Origin: Aquificaceae bacterium
GTDB lineage: Bacteria > Aquificota > Aquificia > Aquificales > Aquificaceae
Direction: 5' to 3'
Length of the DNA stretch: 32,008 nucleotides
NCBI GenBank assembly: GCA_037926525.1
Contig: JAXSOX010000001.1
Location: 1-32,008, forward strand
Positions 8,130 through 15,599 of the stretch are shown here, piece after piece. The notes below the pieces were generated by a model. That model saw only the letters and a list, made by a program, of their open reading frames with translations, did not search any database and had not been told where the DNA came from. The position numbers and the translations under genes are program-made. Positions within the stretch are counted from its first letter, which is position 1; the number at the start of each line of letters is the position of its first letter.

Positions 8130-9320
8130 ATGTTAGGCATAATTTTTTCTACATTGTTTGTATGCTACGATTGCAAGTTTAAAGACATCCAGAGTGCTAT
8201 AAACTACGCAAGGAATGGAGACAGGATAGTGGTAAAGTCTGGAACATACAAGGGGCCGGTGGTCGTTGACAAAAGGGTTGAACTCGTCGGTGAAGGTGGA
8301 CCAGTGCTTGATGGTGAGGGGAAATATCAGGTATTGACCATAAAGGCGGATGGTGTAAAAGTGGAGGGCTTTGTTATAAAAAACTCAGGTATGTCCTACA
8401 GTGAGGATATAGCTGGTTTGAAAGTTGTGGATTCAAGGGATTGCATAATAAAGGGCAACAAGTTTCTGAACAACTTCTTTGCTTTGTATCTTGAAAGGGT
8501 TAGCGGATGCTTAGTGGAGGGCAACAGTATAGTAGGCTTTGCAAGGTCGGAGGGCTCTTCTGGTAATGGTGTGCATGCGTGGAACTCGGAAAGACTTATT
8601 CTAAGGAATAACTATGTGAAGGGACACAGGGATGGGATATACTTTGAGTTCGTAAAGGATAGCCTTATAGAAAACAATAGAAGCGAACTAAACCTAAGGT
8701 ATGGGCTTCATTTCATGTTTTCCAACGACGATAGCTACAGTAACAATTACTTTTACAAGAACGGTGCTGGAGTTGCGGTTATGTATTCAAGAAATATACA
8801 CATGGTGGAGAATGTGTTTGAAAGAAACGAGGGTCTTGCAAACTATGGCCTCCTTCTCAAGGATATAACAGACAGCAAACTATACAAAAACAAGTTTCTA
8901 AACAACACACATGGAATTTATTTGGAGGGATGTAATAGGAGTATCTTTGAGGGTAATCTTTTTGAAAAGAATGGGTGGGCTGTAAGGATATACGCTAACA
9001 GCGAAGATAACCTATTCAGAAGAAATTTGTTTATAGGAAATGCCTTTGATGTATCCACAAACACACTATCTTACTTTAGAAACACCTTTGAAGGAAACTA
9101 CTATGACAGATACGAAGGCTATGACCTTGACAGAGACGGCTATGGGGATATACCCTACAGACCTGTTTCCTTTATAGCCTTTCTCTTTGAAAGGTTTCCC
9201 CTTACCCTTATACTCTACGAAAGCTTTCTTATGAAAATTTTAGACACGATGGAAAGGCTCATACCTCTCCTCCACCCAGAAGCCCTTGTGGATAAAAAAC
9301 CGCTTATGGTGAAGCAATGA
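8130..9320 (+). CDS. nosD: NosD periplasmic beta-helix maturation protein
   Basis: GNGVHAWN, GHRDGIYFEF, LRYGLHFMFS, GVAVMYS, GYDLDRDGYGDIPYRP motifs. Confidence 0.95.
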   Translation: MLGIIFSTLFVCYDCKFKDIQSAINYARNGDRIVVKSGTYKGPVVVDKRVELVGEGGPVLDGEGKYQVLTIKADGVKVEGFVIKNSGMSYSEDIAGLKVVDSRDCIIKGNKFLNNFFALYLERVSGCLVEGNSIVGFARSEGSSGNGVHAWNSERLILRNNYVKGHRDGIYFEFVKDSLIENNRSELNLRYGLHFMFSNDDSYSNNYFYKNGAGVAVMYSRNIHMVENVFERNEGLANYGLLLKDITDSKLYKNKFLNNTHGIYLEGCNRSIFEGNLFEKNGWAVRIYANSEDNLFRRNLFIGNAFDVSTNTLSYFRNTFEGNYYDRYEGYDLDRDGYGDIPYRPVSFIAFLFERFPLTLILYESFLMKILDTMERLIPLLHPEALVDKKPLMVKQ

Positions 9321-10015
9321 TAAAACTTGAGGGTATCTTCAAGTCCTTTGGTAAGAAAATCCTCTTCAAAGACCTCAGCCTTGAGTTTGAGATGGGGAGG
9401 ACAACCGCCCTCCTTGGTCCTAACGGCTCGGGTAAAACAACCCTTGTAAAGATCTTGCTTGGGTTAGTAATACCAGACAGGGGAAAGGTTTACATAAACA
9501 AAAAAGAGATAGGAAATGATAGCTTTCACAAAAGGCTTATAGGCTACATGCCACAGGTTCCAGAGTTTCCTGAAAACCTCACTCTTAGAGAGATAGTGTC
9601 AATGGTAGAAGACCTAAGAGGGGAAAAGGCTAAGAGGCTTGAGGAGCTTCTGGAAGTGCTCAATCTTAAGCCAGAGCTTGAAAAAAGGTTTATGAACCTC
9701 TCGGGCGGAACAAAGCAGAAGGTTGGAGCTCTTGTAGCTCTCGCCTTTGACCAGCAGATTCTCATACTTGATGAACCCATGGTGGGTCTTGACCCAGTAA
9801 CAGCCTATAGGCTTAGGGCTTTTATCCGCAAGGAGAAGGAGAATGGTAAAACCATCCTCTACATTTCGCACATAATGCCAGAAGTGGAGGAGTTGGCTGA
9901 CGATGTGGTTTTCATAACGGAGGGAAGGGTTGTGTTTAAGGGTAGCGTGGAAGTCCTGAAGTCCTCAACGGGTAAGGAAAAACTTGAGGAGGCTGTGCTT
10001 TGCTTATTAAGCTGA
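9317..10015 (+). CDS. nosF: ABC transporter ATPase NosF
   Basis: GPNGSGKT, LSGG, ILDEP, SH motifs; lies between nosD and nosY. Confidence 0.92.
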   Translation: MIKLEGIFKSFGKKILFKDLSLEFEMGRTTALLGPNGSGKTTLVKILLGLVIPDRGKVYINKKEIGNDSFHKRLIGYMPQVPEFPENLTLREIVSMVEDLRGEKAKRLEELLEVLNLKPELEKRFMNLSGGTKQKVGALVALAFDQQILILDEPMVGLDPVTAYRLRAFIRKEKENGKTILYISHIMPEVEELADDVVFITEGRVVFKGSVEVLKSSTGKEKLEEAVLCLLS

Positions 10016-10767
10016 TAAAATACGAGCTTTATGACCTTTTAAAGAGCAGATGGATGTTGGGTATAACTGTTTTTTATGGGCTTTTGGTCTATTCGCTAGT
10101 GAAATTTGGAGGTAATACGAGAAAAGCTGTTGTCAGTCATACGAACCTATCTCTTCTCACGCTCCCGCTTTTCTCCCTCCTCCTTTCCATAAACTACTTA
10201 TACACAAACAGAAACTTTATTGAATTTGTGTTAACTCAGCCAGTAAAGAGAAGCTTTCTTTTCGCATCCCTTATAATCAGCCTTAGCTTCTCTATCTTTA
10301 TTAGCTATGCAGTTGGCTCTGGTTTTGTTTTTTACTATCTTGAGGGCTTTTATCCTCCTTTTGCAAAGACCCTTTCCCTAACAACCTCCCTTATTCCCCT
10401 CTTTGTATCCCTTGGTATTCTCTCTGGACTCCTTGTAGAGGATCGGTTAAAGGGTATCGGGCTTGTGCTACTTCTTTGGCTTTTTTTCTCAGCTATGTAT
10501 GACGGAATAGTTCTTTATATAATACTTGCCTTCTCTAACTATCCTATAGAAAAACTCGTTCTTTTCCTTACCCTTTCAAATCCAGTTGACTTTATAAGGC
10601 TCAGTTCTCTCACGGAAGCTGGTCTTTACGAGGCTATGGGTTTTGTTGGAACATGGGCTAAAAAATACTTAAAAGACCTCTGGTTTTTACCTATCCCTTT
10701 GTCCTTTCTATACACAGCGGTTATCTTTATGCTTGGACTGATTGCCTTTAAGAGGAAGGATTTTTAG
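10000..10767 (+). CDS. nosY: ABC transporter permease NosY
   Basis: About 6 TM segments, E..LTQPV.R, YDG and NPVD..R motifs; TTG start with GAGGAGG upstream. Confidence 0.88.
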   Translation: MLIKLIKYELYDLLKSRWMLGITVFYGLLVYSLVKFGGNTRKAVVSHTNLSLLTLPLFSLLLSINYLYTNRNFIEFVLTQPVKRSFLFASLIISLSFSIFISYAVGSGFVFYYLEGFYPPFAKTLSLTTSLIPLFVSLGILSGLLVEDRLKGIGLVLLLWLFFSAMYDGIVLYIILAFSNYPIEKLVLFLTLSNPVDFIRLSSLTEAGLYEAMGFVGTWAKKYLKDLWFLPIPLSFLYTAVIFMLGLIAFKRKDF

Positions 10768-10777
10768 GAGGTTTGCT

Positions 10778-11122
10778 ATGTGGCTTTTAGTCTTAGTATG
10801 TTTGGTTTTCTCCTGCGATGTCCCAAAAGGGCAAAAGAAAGCTGAGCCCTCGGTTGAGCCTTCAAAGGTAAAGGAGCTTTTCAAAGCAAGAGGATGCACC
10901 GACTGCCACGACAGAAGAATTGCCCTCGTGGGACCAGCTTTTGTTGAGATAGCTAAAAGATATAGAGGAAGGGAAGAAGCGGAAAGCATGCTTATTAAAA
11001 GTATAAGAGAAGGCTCATGCAGCAGGTGGAAGGCAAGGTGGGAGTGCATGCCACCACAGAGGATTGAAGAAACAGAAGCAAGGGCTATGGTAAGGTGGAT
11101 TCTGAACCTTACTTTAGAATAA
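10778..11122 (+). CDS. cytochrome c551/c552-family lipoprotein
   Basis: Start moved to ATG 10778 (AGGAGGT SD). Lipobox VFS-C, CTDCH, VGPAF..IA.RY, MPPQ axial Met. Confidence 0.85.
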   Translation: MWLLVLVCLVFSCDVPKGQKKAEPSVEPSKVKELFKARGCTDCHDRRIALVGPAFVEIAKRYRGREEAESMLIKSIREGSCSRWKARWECMPPQRIEETEARAMVRWILNLTLE

Positions 11123-13049
11123 GGAAGTTTCCTGTAGCCTCGTCATAGGTTATCAGCACGCTCTCCTTTGGATTTTTCGGAGGTTCAAACTCAAATTCTT
11201 TAACTTTTCCCCTATGAACTGTTTCTTCTACCCTTATTTTGAGCTTTTGAGCATCACCCTTTAAGAAAAGTTCCTCATAGACAAATATGGAGGCGTCCCT
11301 TCTTATACCCCTTGGTTTGTAAACCTTTGAATATATAAGATTCCCATCCTTGTAAACCTCCACCTTTATTGGAGACCTTTCTTTCACTATAGCACTTTGA
11401 GCCTGCATATGTTTTAAGCCACCTACTTTGACCTGAGCCACCTCTTTGACTGGAGAAGACCTGTATTTAAAGCTCAGGATAACAGCAGAGCTTTGGATTG
11501 GATAGAAGGCTATTTTGTGGGTGGTAAGCGGATAGAATAGAAATATGGGAATTGCAAGTATGGCGGTAGCAACTGGGTAATTTAAACTTTCAGTTTTGAC
11601 GACCTTCGCATCCTGCCCCTCCTTCTTAGAGCTTATAAACTCTTCTATCTCTTTTTCAATAGACTTCACATAAGGAGCTTCAAGGATAAGCACCCGCCCT
11701 CCCATAACCTTTTTCCTAAGTATGGGTCTTCTTTTCCTTTCATACCTCTCTTCAAGCCATTTATTCCCTTCTCTGAAGTAGCAATCTTCATACTCACAGG
11801 AAACAAGAACTACACCTTCTACACCCATATTTAGAATATCCTCCACATACTTTGTGTTCACAACACCTATACATGGGACAGTAAAGGTAAGGAGTTTTTC
11901 CCTTTTTGGCGGAATCGCACTAAAAGGACAGCGAAAAACCACATAAGAAGCCTTTTCCCTTTCTATCTTTTCCATAGTCTCTTCTAAGGGGAAGGTGGGG
12001 ATGTCTATAGCAAGACTGCTGCAAGAGCCAACACATATACCACAACCTGCACACTTACTTTCCTTCAGTAGGGCTTTCTTTTTATTATCATACTCCTCCA
12101 TTACTATAGCCTCATAAGGACAGTCTATGTAACATTGTTCACAGCCTGTGCATTTTTCAAAATCAATGCGGGCAGGTGGATTTCTTCTACCTTTTATAAG
12201 CCACGGGAAGACGAAAAGAAAGGTAAAAAAGCCAAGAAAAATGAGCCAGTTTATGGACATGGGTATGTATTTAAGAAGGGGATAACTAAAAAGGTAAAAC
12301 CAGTCAACGCTCATCTCAAAAGGCAATCTGTTTATATAAGCTGGTGGGTCGCTCTTTGCGGGGAAGATAAGAGAAAGTGTTATGAGAAGGATAGTTATGG
12401 TTATGTAAAGAAACCTTGGTGGAATAAGTCTCGGTCTGGCGTTTCTCATAACATGAACCCAAAGGGTAAAAACAATGAGTATGGTAAGAGCTATATGGGC
12501 AAAGAGCAATATTCTGAAAAGACCACCGAGATACTTTATGTCGCTTCCGAGGAAGGCACTCATCAGTGCATCTCCAAAGACTGGCAAGAAGGAAAAGAAC
12601 TTGGCGGTCAGAAGTCCAGTGAGCTGTGCCCTTGCGTCCCAAACTAATATGTAACCCGATATTCCTATAGCTAAAAATATAAGAAGGGTTGCCACGCCAG
12701 TAACCCATGCAACCCATCGGAACATTCTGAACCTGTCCGTTATTATCACATGCACCATATGGGTAAGGGTTGTAAGTATTAAGGCATCAGAAGAGTATCT
12801 GTGTATTCCCCTCATTATGTTTCCCAGGAAATCTTCAGATATTCTTTCCACTGACTGATAGGAGGTTTGAGGGTCTATACTGTAGAAGAAAAAGAGGTAA
12901 ACACCTGATACTACGTCTATGATTAGAAGGAAAATAGCAATAGCACCAAGGTGATAAAGAGGATTGAGCTTTGAGGAAAATAGCCTGCTCATAAAATGAG
13001 AGAGCTTCTGAAAGCCTATGTATAGTGGCTGTATACTTGCCATATGCAT
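11109..13049 (-). CDS. cytochrome b/b6-like domain fused to a 2x[4Fe-4S] ferredoxin, an MvhD/FlpD-like [2Fe-2S] domain and a C-terminal TM-anchored domain
   Basis: Two His pairs 14 apart (IHRYSSDALILTTLTH, AHIALTILIVFTLWVH), SGY.LVWD, PEWY-like VDWF; CTGCEQCYIDCP and CAGCGICVGSC; FRC...VPCIG...GV.LVSCEYEDCYFREGN. SD AGGAGG at 13055-13060. Confidence 0.85.
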   Translation of the reverse strand: MHMASIQPLYIGFQKLSHFMSRLFSSKLNPLYHLGAIAIFLLIIDVVSGVYLFFFYSIDPQTSYQSVERISEDFLGNIMRGIHRYSSDALILTTLTHMVHVIITDRFRMFRWVAWVTGVATLLIFLAIGISGYILVWDARAQLTGLLTAKFFSFLPVFGDALMSAFLGSDIKYLGGLFRILLFAHIALTILIVFTLWVHVMRNARPRLIPPRFLYITITILLITLSLIFPAKSDPPAYINRLPFEMSVDWFYLFSYPLLKYIPMSINWLIFLGFFTFLFVFPWLIKGRRNPPARIDFEKCTGCEQCYIDCPYEAIVMEEYDNKKKALLKESKCAGCGICVGSCSSLAIDIPTFPLEETMEKIEREKASYVVFRCPFSAIPPKREKLLTFTVPCIGVVNTKYVEDILNMGVEGVVLVSCEYEDCYFREGNKWLEERYERKRRPILRKKVMGGRVLILEAPYVKSIEKEIEEFISSKKEGQDAKVVKTESLNYPVATAILAIPIFLFYPLTTHKIAFYPIQSSAVILSFKYRSSPVKEVAQVKVGGLKHMQAQSAIVKERSPIKVEVYKDGNLIYSKVYKPRGIRRDASIFVYEELFLKGDAQKLKIRVEETVHRGKVKEFEFEPPKNPKESVLITYDEATGNFLILK

Positions 13050-13146
13050 GGGAGCCTCCTGTAAATAATCATTTACTAATAATATAAGCCCTTTATTAAA
13101 TATTTACAGGTTTTAATTTAAAGTTAAAACATGATAAATTTAATTA

Positions 13147-13175
13147 TTGACAAAAATATCTTTTGATATTAATCT
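13147..13175 (+). promoter_or_regulatory. sigma70-type promoter of the eNOR operon with a palindrome in the spacer
   Basis: TTGACA (13147-13152), 17 nt, TAATCT (13170-13175); AATATC-TTTT-GATATT inverted repeat at 13155-13170. Confidence 0.65.
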
Positions 13176-13207
13176 ATAAGTAAGCATTCACCAAAGGAGG
13201 TGTAGCC

Positions 13208-13387
13208 ATGGAGGAAAAGGAAAAGAAGGTGCCTTTCCTTCAGCTGGTGCTGGACGATTTTATGTTTCTGCTTTTCTTAGGGGTCACCATTTATGCGGTC
13301 TCTTACCTAATATGGGGGCTTCTGGAGTTAGCCTGGCTCTCCCCTATACCCAGCGAAATCAAAGAAAGTCTATTAGGAGGTAAGTAA
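13208..13387 (+). CDS. 59-aa single-TM membrane protein, probable small subunit of the eNOR complex (missing from the ORF track)
   Basis: AAGGAGGT SD, ATG 13208, TAA 13385-13387; MEEKEKKVPFLQLVLDDFMFLLFLGVTIYAVSYLIWGLLELAWLSPIPSEIKESLLGGK. Its 3' end carries the SD of subunit II, whose ATG follows 1 nt after the stop. Confidence 0.85.
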   Translation: MEEKEKKVPFLQLVLDDFMFLLFLGVTIYAVSYLIWGLLELAWLSPIPSEIKESLLGGK

Positions 13388-13388
13388 C

Positions 13389-13919
13389 ATGGCACTGCTT
13401 CCACCTGAAGAAGGATGGTATTTTAAAAGGGTCGCAAAGGACGAAAAGATGTGGATAACCATAGCCCTTGTGGTGTGCCTTGTTCTTTTCTTCTGGATGA
13501 TAGTGTGGCACGTCTACGGAAAGCAAAACCCCTCTTTCACAACCTACAGGACAACACCTCAAGAATTCAACGCCCTAACGCAGGCTTTCATACAGAAGTA
13601 TAAGATAGGTGAAGAAAAGGGTATACCTATAGTAGAACCGCCACCCAACAGTGACGTGTTTCTTCTGGGTAAAATGTGGGCTTGGGAGCCTATACTTGTG
13701 CTTAAAAAGGGCCAAGAATACAGATTCCATATATCCTCCCTTGACCTTCTTCACGGCTTTTCATTACAGCCTGTAAATATGAACTTTATGGTATATCCCG
13801 GCTATGATTATGTGCTTACCTTTAGACCTACTTCCGCCGGAGAGTTCTACATAGTTTGCAATGAATTCTGTGGTATAGGTCATCACATGATGATAGGGAA
13901 GATCATAGTAAAAGAGTGA
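13389..13919 (+). CDS. heme-copper oxidoreductase subunit II with CuA site (eNOR subunit II)
   Basis: One TM helix then a cupredoxin domain: W.WEP, S.DLLHGF, CNEFCGIGHHMM. Short, B-family-like architecture. Confidence 0.92.
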   Translation: MALLPPEEGWYFKRVAKDEKMWITIALVVCLVLFFWMIVWHVYGKQNPSFTTYRTTPQEFNALTQAFIQKYKIGEEKGIPIVEPPPNSDVFLLGKMWAWEPILVLKKGQEYRFHISSLDLLHGFSLQPVNMNFMVYPGYDYVLTFRPTSAGEFYIVCNEFCGIGHHMMIGKIIVKE

Positions 13920-13931
13920 GGAGGTTGAGCC

Positions 13932-15599
13932 ATGTTTAGAACTTGTGATATTACCGGATTAAAGGTTGATTTGAGGGCGGAGAAGCTTATACAGCTCAAT
14001 GCGGTTATGGCTGTTGTCTCTCTACTCATAGGTGTTATCGCTGCATTACTTCTTGTTCTCACAAGATGGCAAGTGGTTCACCTTCTGCCCGTAGAGTGGT
14101 ATTACAGGGTTCTCACCCTTCATGGTCTTAACGCCCTCATATTCTGGATAGTCTTTTTTGAAATAGCGGGACTTTACTTTGGCTCAACTATTGTGCTTAA
14201 CTCTCGCATGTCTTCTCCTAAATTTGGCTGGCTCGCTCTAATCCTGATGGTTCTTGGCTTCCTACTTGTAAACTTTACCATACTAAGTGGTAATGCGGAT
14301 GTTCTTATGACTTCTTACGCACCATTGCAGGCACATCCTCTTTACTATCTTGGTGTGATACTCTTTGCGGTTGGTGCCCTTACAGGTGTTTTTCTCTTCT
14401 TTGCAAACCTTCTTATAGCAAGGAAAGAAAGAACCTATGGAGATTCCTTGCCTTTATTTACTTTCGGACTTGTTGCAGCAGCAATTATAGCAACTTTAAC
14501 TCTCGCAACAGGCGCGATTATATACATTCCTACACTTCTATGGTCGCTTGGAATAATAAAGACTATGGATGCCGGTGTTTATAAACTGGTCTGGTGGGGT
14601 CTTGGACACTCCTCCCAGCAGATAAATGTGACCGCCATGATCGCTGTCTGGTATCTTGGAGCTTTTCTTACCGTCGGTGGAACATCCATAAACGAAAAAG
14701 TTAGCAGGTTTGCCTTCGTTTTCTATGTTATAGGAATAAATGTTGCTTCCGCACATCACCTCCTTGTAGACCCAGGACCAAGCCCAGCCTGGAAGGTTTT
14801 CAACACAAGCTATATCATGTATATTGCAGTCCTTGCCTCTATGATACACGCCTTTGCTGTTCCTTCTGCGATAGAATCCGCTCAGAGAAGAAGAGGCTAT
14901 ACAAAGGGTCTTTTTGACTGGCTTAAGAATGCACCTTGGGGCAACCCTGCTTTTTCTGCGGTGCTTCTGTCCATCATAATCTTTGGCTTTATAGGTGGTG
15001 TGACCGGTGTTGTAAACGGTATGGAGCAAACCAACATAATAGTCCACAACACCCTTTCCATACCCGGGCACTTTAAGGGAACAGTTGTGGGTGGAACTAC
15101 TCTTGCCTTCATGGGCGCAACCTATTACTTAATACCTCTTGTGTTCAGGAAGAAGATAGCCTTCTTTGGTCTTGCCAAGATACAACCATGGCTTTTTGGG
15201 ATCGGTATTGCGGTGCTTGCGGTTTCCATGTATATACTTGGAGCCTTTGGTGTTCCAAGAAGGCACTACGATATCACCTTCTCCGGCGGACCCTTCACTT
15301 ACACCTTTAACCCAGCGGTGGACTTTTTCTGGGTTCTTTTTGCCCTTGGTGGTCTGCTGGCGGTGGTTGGCGCCCTTGCATGGATACTCATAGTTGTCAT
15401 TTCTGTTTTCTTTGGTTCTCCTGTAAAAGGTCCTCAAGATATGCAACTTCAATTAGCCTCTCCACCTCCACCTGCAAAGGAAAACCATGGCTTTGAGGCG
15501 CCTGGAACTCTGACCCTTACCCTCCTCTTCATGGGTGTATTCCTTATATTCCTCCTACTCAACTGGGGATGGCTCTCTGCCATGTGGGAGGTAAGATAA
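13932..15599 (+). CDS. heme-copper superfamily subunit I, eNOR-type nitric oxide reductase
   Basis: H64 (TLHG), H226-SSQ-Q230 (Gln where O2 reductases have the crosslinked Tyr), H275-H276, H380-F-K382, GVPRR. CuA subunit II upstream; located between the nos and nir operons. Confidence 0.85.
   Translation: MFRTCDITGLKVDLRAEKLIQLNAVMAVVSLLIGVIAALLLVLTRWQVVHLLPVEWYYRVLTLHGLNALIFWIVFFEIAGLYFGSTIVLNSRMSSPKFGWLALILMVLGFLLVNFTILSGNADVLMTSYAPLQAHPLYYLGVILFAVGALTGVFLFFANLLIARKERTYGDSLPLFTFGLVAAAIIATLTLATGAIIYIPTLLWSLGIIKTMDAGVYKLVWWGLGHSSQQINVTAMIAVWYLGAFLTVGGTSINEKVSRFAFVFYVIGINVASAHHLLVDPGPSPAWKVFNTSYIMYIAVLASMIHAFAVPSAIESAQRRRGYTKGLFDWLKNAPWGNPAFSAVLLSIIIFGFIGGVTGVVNGMEQTNIIVHNTLSIPGHFKGTVVGGTTLAFMGATYYLIPLVFRKKIAFFGLAKIQPWLFGIGIAVLAVSMYILGAFGVPRRHYDITFSGGPFTYTFNPAVDFFWVLFALGGLLAVVGALAWILIVVISVFFGSPVKGPQDMQLQLASPPPPAKENHGFEAPGTLTLTLLFMGVFLIFLLLNWGWLSAMWEVR

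Noticed and set aside
12135-15071. Long opposite-strand ORFs 12135-12647 (170 aa) and 14538-15071 (177 aa)
   Set aside because: Antisense to hydrophobic membrane-protein genes, with no motifs or SD; typical shadow ORFs.
13932-15599. Calling subunit I a ba3- or cbb3-type O2 reductase, or cNOR/qNOR
   Set aside because: Helix VI has HSSQQ, not HPxVY, and there is no NorB-type HLWVEG. Subunit II is CuA-type rather than cytochrome c. The nir/nos context fits eNOR.
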